Shown here piece by piece: positions 11,877 to 24,453 of a stretch of DNA of 64,000 nt. Each line of letters starts with the position of its first letter. Position 1 is the stretch's first letter. Source of the stretch: Octopus sinensis (lineage: Eukaryota); contig NC_043014.1 of NCBI RefSeq assembly GCF_006345805.1, positions 46,748,001 to 46,812,000 on the forward strand, read 5' to 3'. Position numbers and translations under genes: made by a program. The notes below the pieces were generated by a model. It did no database searches, was not told the DNA's origin, and worked only from the letters and a program-made list of their open reading frames with translations.

Positions 11877-12090
11877 GTGTGCTGGCAGAATTGTTACAAC
11901 GCCGGGCTAAATACTTAGCGCTATTTCGTTCGTCTTTACGTTCTGAGTTCAAATTCCGCCGAGGTCGGCTTTACCTTTTATGCTTTCGGGGTCGATAAAT
12001 TAAGTACCAGTTACGCACTGAGGTCGATGTAATCGATTTGCTCCCTTCCCCGAAATTGCTGGCCTTGTGACAAACTTCGAAATCAACATT
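11877..12090 (+). mobile_element. SINE family A
   Basis: Head-core-tail match. Confidence 0.8.
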
Positions 12091-12488
12091 AGAATATGTC
12101 TGAGTAGTGGTGGTAGTATTACTGGCAGTATAGGCTCTAGTATGATAGTATTGGTTGTAGTATTAGTAGTGTTACTGCCAGATTGCAACATATTGAAAAT
12201 AAACTAATTGAACGATGACTGACTGAGGACACTTCCTGTCGTCAGCCATGAATTAATAATAAAACTAATAATCACCTCTCTCTCTCTCTCCCTCTCTGTC
12301 TGTCTGTTCCCTCTCTCTCTCTCTCTCTCTCTCTCTGTCAGTCACTCCCTTTCTTTGTCCGTCTCTCCTTGCTTTTATTTGTCTTTCAGTCTCTCTTTCT
12401 CTGTCCGTCTTTCCTGTCTTTGCCCCTCTCTCTCTCATACACATATTCAGAATAGATTCGCACACACACACACACCACATACATATAT

Positions 12489-12538
<50 letters not shown>

Positions 12539-13227
12539 TACATATAGAGACAAAATACGATGTTGTGGTGGTCATTATTTCATTAAGGGCATTAATGAAG
12601 TGAAATTAGTGCAGGGACCGTTATGATTGAGATACCACACTTCAATTTTCTCCCCCACCTCAATCATTTATTAACAAACTAATTAACTGTACTAATTGCC
12701 TAAAACAACACTCTCCTCTTTCTTTCATCTACTCTTTACCTTTTTTTGCATAATTGTTTTCTCAATTTCGTATTTCATGGTCATGTGTGTTTTGCCTGTA
12801 TGCGCATCTGCGTGTGTATGTGTGTATGTATGAAAGGATGATGAGAGATACGCAGAAACACAGAGATATCAGGGATACAGAGATATTAGTAGATATAAGC
12901 GATACAATGATACAATAACTCAGAAATAAAAGCGATACAGTGATATAGAAACATAAAGGTGTAGAGATATCAGTGATACAGTTCATATGTAGATACAGTG
13001 GCACAGAGATATCAGTGTTATAAATATTTCAGAGGTGTATGACATGGTGTGATATCAGTGATACAGTTATATAGTGATACAGAAACACAGTGATAACACT
13101 AACACTAACACAGTGATACAAAGATATCAGTGATAAAAAGTCAGAGTGATATACGGAGATACAGTGATACTCAGACACAATGACCCAACGACATAATGAC
13201 AATGCAGAGATACAGTGATACATAGAC

Positions 13228-13435
13228 TCAGAGATTGTGACCTCCTTCGGTCATGAATGACTATGGGATTGCACCTAGAAAGTTACCCTCCGAGGCACAA
13301 ATCTGGGCAAGGTTGTTTACGGAAGACCAGCGGTCGCCCATGCATACCGACCTCCCCTCTCCACTCCACCAATGTTATCCAAGGGAAAAGCAAAGGGGCC
13401 GATACAGATTGGCACCAGTGACGTCGCAGCTCATT
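13228..13435 (-). mobile_element. SINE family D, 3' part
   Basis: Reverse complement of 8230-8447. Confidence 0.75.
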
Positions 13436-13740
13436 TATTAACGAGCAAGTGGCTGAGCACTTCACAGGCACGTGTATCCTGAACGTAGTTCTCGGAGAGA
13501 TTCAGCGTGACACAGAGTGTGACAAGGCTGGACCTTTGAAATACAGGCACAACAGAAACAGAAAGAGTGAGAGAAAGTTGTGGTAAGAGAGTACAGCAGG
13601 GTTCACCACCACCCCTGCCTGAGCCCCGTGGAGCTTTAGATGTTTTTTGCTCAATGCTCACAATGCCCGGTCGGGAATCGAAACTGCGATCCTACGACCG
13701 CGAGTCCGCTGCCCTAACCACTGGTTATTGCGCCTCCACA
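13436..13740 (-). mobile_element. SINE family C
   Basis: Head ends ttgcgcctcc; matches family. Confidence 0.8.
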
Positions 13741-13879
13741 GACTGAGATAAGGTGATATCAATGATACAGCTATACAGAGTTACAAAGGCACAGAGATAT
13801 CATTGATGTCTGTGAATGAGATATGAAGTAATACACAGATTTAGGGAATCGGAAATCTTAGATTTGTTTCATCTCATAT

Positions 13880-14600
13880 TTAGTTCTGCCATCTTGAGCA
13901 TTTTAAGGGAAGAAAATGTTAAGTTGTTGTATTTCCACAATGTGAACATTTTCTCCTCTTTCGTTGGTTCCAGACATTGGGCAGCAGCCACACTGAACAA
14001 CAGCCTTCAAGTATTCCAAGAAAGCCTTTTAACTCCAGTGCTTACTTCAATCTGGGGTTTATCAATCAATTGGCACTCCGTCGGTTACGACGACGAATAT
14101 TGAGCGGCCATCTTCTTGACCCCATAACATAGATATTTTCATGTTTAGATTTATAAGCACCTACAAGAATAATGAGTCCAATAAATTCTTTAGTTCAGAG
14201 TGATCAATTTCTTTCCATGTATCTTTGTAAACAACCTGACCTTCAGCATTTGTCCATTTACGAATTTCTTCAAGAAGATTCTGGCGCATAAAGATAGTAA
14301 AACATGTTTCAATGCTATCACAAGACCTCTATTAGCAACAGGATGGTCCAGATTCTTGGTGCACAATATGCAAGATGAAGTTCTTACTGCTGCTTGAGTA
14401 AGAGGATTAGAATGCCAAACTTCTTGTCTGTCTCTAGAAACATTGTTTATTCATAATAGGGTGATTTGTAGATAATTGGTTTTTGAGTATCTTCATCATC
14501 TGATGACACAGAACCTAAACTGTCCAGCACACAATCACTTTTACCATCATCTTCAGAGCAATAGAAGGAATCACTACTGTCTCTTCCATTTTTCATCTAA
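13880..14600 (-). pseudogene. Decayed, internally deleted piggyBac (PGBD4-like) transposase
   Basis: Minus strand: acidic N-terminus, then CFTIFMRQNLLEEIRKWTNAEGQVVYKDTWKEIDHSELK/FIGLIILVGAYKSKHENI/MLWGQEDGRSIF with frameshifts; a distal RKRRKCSHCG may be the Cys-rich tail. Confidence 0.75.
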
Positions 14601-15064
14601 TTCAATAAGCTTTACGATATTTGGTATTCACTTAAGTTTTCAAGTCTAGGAAAGCTCGACGAACTTGATAGCAGACTAAGGCAGATATTGCTCTTCCACA
14701 TACATATACCCTCCTGAATGATGATGTAATATGATTACACCATACAATACCAAGGATCGTTCTGTTGCGTGAACATATTTAGATACCGAAATATCAGTGA
14801 AAATTTATATAGCCGTAAAATATATGCTTAGACAACATTATCAGAGCAATCCAAATTGGTTAAGTTCAAAGTGAACTAAGAACTAGTTGTCTATCTGTTT
14901 GTCTATCTGCCTAGAAATTTGTAAAGAAAATGCGAAACCGGTTATTTCTCCAAAAACAATGTCACTATGCCACAAATATTTTATAATATTTTCCTAACAT
15001 GACGATTTAAATATTTTTAACCATATAATACAACGTTCGGCAGTTTTTAATTCTATTTTGTTTT

Positions 15065-15108
<44 letters not shown>

Positions 15109-15111
15109 TAT

Positions 15112-15509
15112 TAATGGAAAAGGAAAGTAGAGCCAAGGAAGGACGAGCATTTCAGGTCATTTAGAATACTTAATTAAAGGTGAATGGAAAAGAGAAGAAC
15201 TATTTCTTACAGCTGATGATGGGATGACATCTCCATACACTGGGTATTCCGACATCGAGACAAACGTACGGATGCAGGAAAGTTCCAGATTGAGAATTCC
15301 CTGTCTGGAATTTTCCTGCATACATACTTGTCTCGGATGTCGGAATACTCAGTGTATGGAGATGTTGAACCATCACCTGGGATATCCCAGAAACAGCTGT
15401 AAGACATTAGTTACTTGTACTTGTCCATATTTGATTCACCTTACTTTAATTAATATTTAAATGACCTGAGATACTCGTCCTTCCTTGGCTTTGTTTTTCC
15501 TTTCCATTT
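15112..15509. repeat. ~400-bp imperfect fold-back element with split hammerhead halves
   Basis: Arms pair about loop 15290-15303; CTGATGA-TGGGAT at 15213-15225 and TGGGATATCCCA-GAAA-CAGCTGT-A at 15378-15401. Confidence 0.85.
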
Positions 15510-15916
15510 ATACCTGATGGCTCGGAAGCCTGTTACGGATCCCTAGCTCCAGCCCAACGGACGACTAATTATAGCAATTACGCTGCCTACCTTTGGTTTG
15601 ATCAGCAGTGAAACTAAACCCTTATAGTCCTCAAATGTATATATGTGTGTGTGTGTATATTTATATATACATACATACATATATATATATCTATATATAA
15701 TATATTATATATATTATATTATATAGATATCTTGAACTGTTCTGTGTGGGTAAGATAAACAAAAAATGTACTCCATATGCCACGTGGGCAGAACCTGTGA
15801 ATTGCGTGAAGGGACTAGGACGTGTTAAAAAAATGCTAGCTCATAAATTATATACTTGGTTTCTTAAATTGTTTGTGTGTAGTATATATATGTATATTAT
15901 ACATATATATAAAGTG

Positions 15917-16892
15917 TCCGGAAACCTCCGCCGATCTCCGGCAATCACCAGCGATCTCGGCGATTTCCGGCAATCTCCGGCGATCTCGGCGATCTCGGCG
16001 ATTTCCGGCAATCTCCGGCGATCTCGGCGATTTCCGGCAATCTCCGGCGATCTCGGCGATTTCCTGCAATCTCCGGTGATTTCGGCGATTTCCTGCATTC
16101 TCCGGTGATTTCCGGCCATCTCCGGCGATTTCCGACAATCTCAACCGATTTCGGCGAATTCCGGTATTCTCCGGCGAATTCGGCAATTTCCGTCAATCCC
16201 CGGCGATTACGGCAATTTCCGGCAATCTCCGGTGATTTCGGCAATTGCGGTAATCTCCGGTGGTTCGGCAATTTCCGGTAATCTCCGGTGGTTCGGCAAT
16301 GCCGTCAATCTCCGGTGATGATTTCAGGCAATTCCGGTATCTCGGGCGATTTCAGCAATTTCCGTCAATCTCCGGCTATTTCGGCAATTTAGGCAATTCC
16401 GGTGATTTCGACAATTTCCGGTAATCTCCGGCAATTTTCGTCAGTCTCCGGCTGATTACCGGAAATAGCCCGAGATTTTCGGAGATAGCCCGAGATTACC
16501 AGAGACCGTCCGAGATTGCCGGAAATAGCCCGAGATTGTCGGAGACAGCCCGAGATTGCTGGAAATAGCCCGAGATTGCCGGGGACAGCCCGGAGATTGT
16601 GGAAATAGCCCGAGATTGCTGGAAATAGCCCGAGATTAATTGCCGGAAGAGCCCGAGATTGCCGGAAAGAGCCGAGATTGCCGGAAAGAGCCCGAGATTG
16701 CCGGAAATTGCTGACAATTGTTGTCCTACTACCGATTGACAATTGTCGTTGAATTCCTTACGTCACCATAATAGAAGAACATGATAGAACAATAGAAGAA
16801 CACGATACGATAAGTTCCAGATTTTAAAATAACTTGTTCAATTAAATCCTTCCAGTTGGTGATCCAGCATGGTCAGAGTCCACTGACTATAA

Positions 16893-16931
<39 letters not shown>

Positions 16932-16982
16932 TAAATATGTGTGTGTATAGTAGCTCAAAAATATACATTGTTCGTTATATAT

Positions 16983-17025
<43 letters not shown>

Positions 17026-17575
17026 TATATATATATAATGCAAATAAAATGGAAGAACAACATAGATTGCCGGAGACAGGCCCGAGATTGCCGGAGACAG
17101 CTCGAGATTGCCGGAAATAGCTCGAGATTGTCGGATACAGCCCGAGATTGTCGGATACAGCCCGAGATTGCCGGAAATAGCCTGAGATTGCCGGAAATAG
17201 CCCGTGATTGCCGGAGACAGCCCGGAAATTGCCCAAAATCGCCGGAGATCACCGGAAAGTGCCGAAATCACCGGAGATCGCCGAAATATCAGCAAATTAC
17301 CGGGAATTACTGACATCGCCGGAAATTGTCGAAGTCGCCGGAAATTGCCGGAATCGCCGGAATCGCCGGAAATTGCCGGAATCGCCGGAAATTGCCGAAA
17401 TCGCCGGAATTGCTGAAATCACCGGGAATTGCAGAAATTTCCCGGAAATCGCCGGAATCACCGGAAATTGCCGAAGTCGCCGGAGATTGCCGAAATCGCC
17501 GGAAATTTTGGGAAATTGCCGAAATCGCTGGAAATTGCCGGAAATCGCCGAAATCGCTGGAAATTGCCGATCACG
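15917..17575. repeat. GC/CpG-rich 9-10-bp-period satellite in two opposed orientations
   Basis: ccggcaatct/ccggcgatct/cggcgattt (29-bp higher-order unit) at 15917-16455; reverse-orientation 20-mer ccggaaatagcccgagattg at 16458-16715 and 17066-17230, then reverse 9/10-mers to 17575. Confidence 0.9.
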
Positions 17576-17580
17576 TAGAA

Positions 17581-17626
17581 ATATTGCATCACCCTATAGC
17601 CTAGCAGATTGAGGGTGATGCAATAT
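17581..17626. repeat. Perfect 15-bp-stem hairpin abutting the satellite
   Basis: atattgcatcaccct-16 nt-agggtgatgcaatat. Confidence 0.9.
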
Positions 17627-17779
17627 CACAAATTTACAGGAACGTTTTCATAATTTTTCCTATTTTAACTAAAATTCAGCAAATAAATTGAATACAATTC
17701 CATCTATTTTATCTGATAAATATCTAAAATAATATATGATACTGCTTTTATTCTGTTTAGACTGACAAGATTATTGTCT

Positions 17780-18006
17780 GAATTTAATCCGAGGGTCCAA
17801 TGGACCCATACGGTAATTAATGTATAAAGTGAAATTTTCTAGCTTTTATAAGCAAACGGAAAATTTCCCATTTGACAAATAAAAGTGTCAAGTAAAAATA
17901 ACAATCACGAGAAATCAGCAGATTCAAATAATATAAACAATAGGAAAAAGCAGCTGAAAAAAAACTGAAATGGTTCCATTGGACCCATTGGTAGACAGAA
18001 GGTTAA
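17780..18006 (-). mobile_element. Probable piggyBac-type terminus
   Basis: Minus strand starts TTAA-CCTTCT..; two copies of a gggtccaatggaccc-like subterminal palindrome (~17791, ~17971). Confidence 0.35.
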
Positions 18007-18505
18007 ATATGTCAAGGGGCAGAGATACATTTACCCTATCATTATGCTTACTACGTTCTGCAGAATTAATTTCATAAGGTCCAGCTATGACAAATAGTTC
18101 TTTATTAGAGAACATGTTAACGTTTTCAGTCAATGTCAAAATGATTAGGTTTTTAAAAACTCTGGTCGGACATGACTGCAATCTATATTATCGTACGAGA
18201 ACTTTCCGTTCAGTATGCTGTATGGATAATACTTCTCTGTCGTTAGGTTGATTATGACATTTCAGGAATTATCTGTGCTTAAGTTAGTGGTTATTATTAT
18301 CTTCTGATCAGAATTATTAAAGGGGTTTATGAATTCTTTCTTACGCTGGTTGAATACGTGACTACTGACGTGCTATGAAAGGGCCAACCTATTGTCACTA
18401 CAGAGGCTTATATCTGTAATCGTGAATTTATTTTAAAGTGAATCTAGGTTATACAGAATCGCAAAATGTTGTTCGACAAACTGTCGGGCTTGCGTTTTTT
18501 TTATA

Positions 18506-18912
18506 TAATAATAATAATAATGAAATTATTGTATACAGTGCTCAGGTGCACCACAACTTGTTAGGAAGTGCGTATAGAGTATATGCAGTAATGTACAAAT
18601 GTCTGGAAAGCGAACAATGTATGAGTCAGATACATGCTTGTGTGTGTATGGAGGGGAGAAAATCAGGTGTAGTGTTGGCGAATCTCAGGAAGCATGGAAG
18701 TTTTGAAGGATGCAGTGCTCCGACAACTAACAACTGATGCCGGCAGTTTGTTCCATGCTTCAGCAACTCTCAGCGTGAAAAAATGTTTCCTAAAGTCATG
18801 GGAGCTGTGCTGTTTTCTGACTTTGTAAATATGTCCACGGGTGTTAGAAAGGTGGAGTTTGAAAAGGTGCTCAGAGTTATTGTTTGTAAGATGGTGAAAC
18901 CAAATCCAACCA
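18506..18912 (-). mobile_element. CR1-clade LINE 3' fragment with (ATT)n tail
   Basis: Encodes HLFKLHLSNTRGHIYKVRKQHSSHDFRKHFFTLRVAEAWNKLPASVVSCRSTASFK, the TRGH..FF..RV...WN.LP CR1 C-terminal motif. Confidence 0.85.
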
Positions 18913-19161
18913 GTTTTTACCAAACAGTAAAGTTTTAAAGACATGCATAAAAATATCTGACGTTTATAGTATCATAGGTCTTGGAAAAATCTAGAGCACT
19001 GGTCAGTAAGATCTAAGATTAACATTGAGCCTGTATAATATAATGAATGCGAACACACTATTATTGTTGATCTAAAACCCAGCTAATAACGGTACTGCTA
19101 TTACTCCATTAACGGAAGATTGCTGCTCTCCTAATTTTATACTTAATATTATTTAAGTGGT

Positions 19162-19863
19162 GGATGCGCAATGGCAGCGGACTCGCGGTCGTAGGATCGT
19201 GGTTTCGATTCCCAGACCGGGATTTGGATTTCAACCATCTTACAAACAATAACTCTGAGCACCTTTTCAAACTCCACCCGTTAACACCCGTGGACATATT
19301 TACAAAGTCAGAAAACAGCACAGCTCCCATGACTTTAGGAAACATTTTTTCACGCTGAGAGTTGCTGAAAATGGAACAAACTGCGGGCATCAGTTGTTAG
19401 TTGTCGGAGCACTGCATCCTTCAAAACTTCCATGCTTCCTGAGATTCGCCAACACTACACCTGATTTTCTCCCCTCCATACACACACAAGCATGTATCTG
19501 ACTCATACATTGTTCGCTTTCCAGACATTTGTACATTACTGCATATACTCTATACGTTGTGAGTGTTTATTGAGCGAAAACACCTAAAAGCTCTACGAGA
19601 CTCCGGCAGGGGATGGTGGTGATCCCTGCTGTACTCTTTCACCACAACTTTCTCTCACTCTTACCTCCTGTTTCTGTTGTACCTGTATTTCAAAGGGCCG
19701 GCCTTGTCACTCTTTGTGTCACGCTGAATCTCCCCCGAGAACTACGTTAAGGGTACACGTGTCTGTGGAGTGCTCAGCCACTTGCACGTTAATTTCACGA
19801 GCAGGCTGTTCCGTTGATCGGATCAAGCGGAACCCTCATCGTCGTAACCGACGGAGTGCTTCC
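19162..19863 (+). mobile_element. SINE family C with a 14-bp TSD, interrupted by a CR1 fragment
   Basis: TSD atattatttaagtg at 19146-19159 and 19864-19877; head 19162-19220, body resumes at 19556. Confidence 0.85.
19220..19556 (+). mobile_element. CR1-clade 3' fragment lacking its tail
   Basis: Near-identical to the reverse complement of 18570-18905. Confidence 0.85.
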
Positions 19864-20070
19864 ATATTATTTAAGTGTATTCGTTACTGAATCCGGTTTC
19901 ACTTTTAGCAGGATTGATTAAACAGCATTTTTTTTTTTTTTGGTTAGAATAAAATTCTCTTTATGGTCTTCGAGTGTTATATAAACTTGTGTTTCGCTAA
20001 CAGTCTAATCTATTGTCTAATTCAAGTTTGCGAGTTATAAGTTTGTTGTCCCATTTTTATATTATTACTA

Positions 20071-20458
20071 GGGGAAGCACTCCGTCGGTTACAACGACGA
20101 GGGTTCCGGTTGATCCGAATCAACCGGAACAGCCTGCTCGTGAAATTAATGTGTAAGTGCCTGAGCACTCCACAGACACGTGTACCCTTAACGTAGGTTC
20201 TCGGGATATTCAGCGTGACACAGGGAGTGACAAGGCCGGCCCTTTGAAATACAGGTACAACAGAAACAGGAAGTAAGAGTGAGAGAAAGTTGTGTGTGTG
20301 AAAGAGTTACAGCAGGGATCACCACCATCCCCTGCCGGAGTCTCGTAGAGTTTTAGGCGTTTTCGCTCAATAAACACTCACAACGCCCGGTCTGGGAATC
20401 GAAACCGCGATCCTATGACCGCGAGTCCGCTGCCCTAACCACTGGGCCATTGCGCCTC
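20071..20458 (-). mobile_element. Full-length SINE family C with TSD
   Basis: TSD atattattacta on both sides; tRNA-like head with A/B-box-like motifs. Confidence 0.9.
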
Positions 20459-20936
20459 CATATTATTACTACACGTATGTAAGATAGATTCTTAATGCAT
20501 TATGGTGATACACTTGGTTAGAAGCTGTTTATACGTATCTTATTTCTAATTCGTAAAGATTTTTTGTTTTATCCCCTCAAACAAAATAAAACTTTTGCGT
20601 CTATTAATATTCTTAATATCAGTTAAGTTTGTTCCAGAAAGCTGACGGAATTTAATGTTGCTAGCCATGTCTATTGTATTTAATTCTTGGCAGGTAGCTC
20701 CACATTTCTTTTTATACTAAAGTTTTAAGCAAACAAATAAAAGATCTCTGACTCGTAGAAAAAGCTTTTCCTTCTGCAGTTAGCGACAGATTCAACGTTA
20801 TTCAATAGCGTTTCATTTTTGTGCTCAGTAAACTGAATGTAGATGATATTGGTTGAGTTAACGAGTTCAGGTATCGTTGCTAACGGTGGTGAAGAGTCCT
20901 CTACTATTTAATAGACTTATTATGCTCAACACCGTG

Positions 20937-21160
20937 AAGGCGCATGGCTCAGTGGTTAGAGCGTCGAGCTTACGATCGTGAGGTTGTGAGTTCGAATCGC
21001 GGACCGGGCTGCGTGTTGAGTTCTTGAGCAAGACACTTTATTTTACGATGCTCCAGTTCACTCAGCTGTAGAAATGAGTTGCGATGTCACAGATGCCAAG
21101 CTGTATCGGCCTTTGCCTTTCCCTTGGATAACACTGGTGGCGTGGAGAGGGGAGGCCGGT
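20937..21160 (+). mobile_element. SINE family D, 5' part with tRNA-like head
   Basis: ggcgcatggctcagtggttagagcg...gttcgaatc Pol III A/B boxes followed by the family body. Confidence 0.8.
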
Positions 21161-21305
21161 ATAGAATCTCTAACAATGATAAGAAAATGTTAAGAGGGGC
21201 TTTGTGTATAACCGATTTACATAAAAGTGTTCAAACTAAGCAGTAAATTCTAATTGTTTATAAGTCCATCTGAAATCATAATTATGATTTATATATATAA
21301 ATTAT

Positions 21306-21690
21306 GGGCGCAGGAGTGGCTGTGTGGTAAGTAGCTTGTTTACCAACCACATAGTTCCGGGTTCAGTCCCACTGTGTGGCACCTTGGGTAAGTGTCTTCT
21401 ACTATAGCCTCGGGCCGACCAAAGCCTTGTGAGTGGATTTGGTAGATGGAAACTGAAGAAGCCAGGTATATATGTATATATATATGCGTGTGTGTTGTGT
21501 GTCTGTGTTTGTCCCCTAGCATTGCTTGAAAACCGATGCTGGTGTGTTTAGGTCCCGTTACTTAGCGGTTCGGCAAGAGACCGATAGAATAAGTACTGGG
21601 CTTACAAAAGAATAAGTCCCGGGTCGAGTTGCTCGATCAAAGTGGTGCTCCAGCATGGCCGCAGTCAAATGACTGAAACAAGTAAAAAAA
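21306..21690 (+). mobile_element. SINE family B, full length
   Basis: Head ggcgcaggagtggctg to tail gactgaaacaagtaaaa. Confidence 0.9.
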
Positions 21691-22162
21691 GTAAATGTGA
21701 GTAATATATATATATATATAAGTTCAACAAAATTTAGATTCAAATGAATATGGTACTTAAGTCAGATACACCAGAATTTTGTACGGTATTATCCATATAA
21801 ATCCATGGGGTGATTATAGTCAAAGTAAGCAACAAGAATATCTTCGGTAATTTGGTACGATCGTTTCTCGCTACATCATTTTATTAAACATTGTAAGAAT
21901 TACATCAGTTTTAAAATGTTGAGCAATCATCAGCCATTCATAGAGGTTTTCCATCAATACATATACTTCTTTCCATGTTAATTGCTAACATTATAAAGGG
22001 GGTAGATATACAGACAGAGAGGTTTTGTATGTGGTTTGCTAGATTCTCTGTGTAAATCCATGTACTGAAGCATATTTTATTGTGTCTCGAGAGAGTCATC
22101 CTCTTTTAATGCCCCATTATTTAAACACACACCGCCAGTTCGATTCTAATTATTTACTTGTT

Positions 22163-22228
<66 letters not shown>

Positions 22229-22254
22229 ATTTATATCGAAACACGCATTGAGTC

Positions 22255-22410
22255 GAACCAGGGGCAGCTGATGAAGGGGGAATATTCCTTGTATTGTTTG
22301 TCTTGAACTCTGTTTTTTTCGTTGTTAAAAAAAGTCCGTTTCCTTGTTGTGTTTTATGCTTTCGTTTCTCGTTGTGTTCTACATTTATTGGTGGTGTCCT
22401 GCTATCTCAA
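22255..22410 (+). mobile_element. Short (TA)n-flanked element with a half-hammerhead (CTGATGA-aggGGAATATTCC, no GAAA)
   Basis: Second copy at 33563-33712 with the same junction. Confidence 0.6.
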
Positions 22411-22529
22411 TTTATATATATATGCATGTATATATACATATAGATGTAGGTATGTACATGTATGTATGTATGTATGCATATGTTTTATTTGTTAAATTGT
22501 TATATATATATATATATATATATATATCG

Positions 22530-22705
22530 GGAGAATTCACAAAAAAAACAAAAGACTGGTGTTGTAGACAACAAACAGATGTATTAGTATAACGCTAGGG
22601 GAGTGAAAAAGCCTTTGACGTTTCGAACCTACGCTCTTCCACAGAAAGGAACACAGAAAGAAACAAGGAGAGAAACTAAAGAATGTGTAGTGGCTAGCGA
22701 TCTGT
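22530..22705 (-). mobile_element. Penelope-like pLTR fragment, family P-b, hammerhead motif at 22612-22649
   Basis: ccuuu-CUGUGGA-a-GAGC GUAG GUUC-GAAA-CGUC-aaagg: 5-bp stem I, G.U-tolerant stem II, palindromic ACGU stem III. Confidence 0.6.
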
Positions 22706-22796
22706 CATATATATATATATAGTTAATTTTTAAAAATACATACATATCAGAAAGAAGCACACACTAAAGAATAGGCAGTAATTGTTACAACATGAT

Positions 22797-22970
22797 TTTA
22801 TATCTTGGACATGGAGTTACCAAAGGTTTCACATCTACGAACTCAAAGCCTTGTGGACGGCTAGTCAGACTATATAAAGACGTAAAAGTTGTCTTTATAT
22901 AGAGTCTGGAGAGCTGTCTACAAGGCTTTATGGATGCGAAACCTTGGGTAACTATATCCAGGATATAGAA
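22797..22970. repeat. Degenerate fold-back element
   Basis: Arms pair about loop 22882-22890. Confidence 0.75.
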
Positions 22971-23004
22971 TTTTGTTGTAACGTATATTATATATATATA
23001 TATA

Positions 23005-23420
23005 GGCTGTGTGGTAAGTAGCTTGCTAACCAACCACATGGTTCCGGGTTCAGTCCCAACTGCGTCGCATCTGGGCAAGGGTCTCTTCTGCTATAGCCCG
23101 GGCCGACCAATGCCTTGTGGTGGATTTAGTAGACGGAGGAAACTGAAAGAAGCCTGTCGTATATATGTATATGTATATATATATATAATATATATAGTGT
23201 GTGTGCTGTGTGTGTGTTTGTCCCCCTAGCATTGCTGGACAACCGATGCTGTGTGTTTATGTCCCCGTTATTAGCGGTTCGGGCAAAAGAGACCGATAGA
23301 ATAAGTACTGGGCTTACAAAAGAATAAGTCCCGGGGTCGAGTTGCTCGATTAAAGGCGGTGCTCCAGCATGGCCGCAGTCAAATGACTGAAACAAGTCAA
23401 AGAGTAAAAGAGTAAAAGAG
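23005..23420 (+). mobile_element. SINE family B
   Basis: Full head-hub-tail. Confidence 0.9.
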
Positions 23421-23746
23421 TATATAAGCTATATAACAACACACACTCACGTATGTGTGTGTTTTGCGGAATTCAAACATTATCAGTTATATTTTGGGTA
23501 GAGTTGATAGACGTTTATCATATCAAAAGTTGACAGTCTGCTCAGAATTTTGCCCTGGACTGGCCTCTGCACGACTGTGGAGGTAGCAACAATTATTGGC
23601 AGGTTATATAAGGATCTGTTGATTTTGGAAGACTGCGTATGTGTGTAGGTGTGCGGGTGGGGGTAAGATGTGTCTATGTAAACTAATTTATAGTTGTAGA
23701 ACTAGTAATACGTAGTTAGTGATAGTCTGTGCATATGAATGGGCCG

Positions 23747-23844
<98 letters not shown>

Positions 23845-24039
23845 CACACTTCCATTGGTTTCAATTATATAGCTGTGGTCATGCTGGGGCTGCACCACTT
23901 AAGCTTTGTGCTCAATGTTTAATGACTGAGGGAGTTCGATGTGTAGCTTCGGATGGGATTGTGTATGTGTGCATACACGCCCATACACGCACGTACACAC
24001 ACGTACACATATACATACATAAATACATACATACACACA

Positions 24040-24149
24040 CGCACATATATATACGCATACATACATATACATATACTTACACACATATTACATATAAAGA
24101 TATAATTATAGATATAGATGTATAGATATAGATATGCAGAACCTCTATA

Positions 24150-24188
<39 letters not shown>

Positions 24189-24422
24189 CCATACACACAC
24201 ACATATATATATATACACATACATACACATATATACACACACATATATATACATATATACACATACATACATACACACATACATATATATACATACACAC
24301 ACACACACGCATATATATATATATATATACACGCATACATATATATGCACGCATACATGCATATATATATATATACACACATACATGCATATATACACAC
24401 ATACATATATATACACAGATAC

Positions 24423-24453
<31 letters not shown>

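Larger units (their letters stand above)
12840..13840 (+). repeat. Degenerate gatacagtgata-type minisatellite split by two SINE insertions
   Basis: Motif recurs throughout 12840-13225 and resumes at 13745-13840. Confidence 0.7.

Noticed and set aside
12225-12250. Minus-strand CUGACGA-c-AGGA/UCCU hammerhead-like start
   Set aside because: No GAAA or stem III follows.
15841-17612. Repetitive ORFs (PEIAEIAGNCR...)
   Set aside because: All frames are open because of the satellite; no start context or unique domain.
20937-21010. tRNA gene (also other SINE heads)
   Set aside because: No proper acceptor stem or oligo-T terminator; continues into the SINE body.
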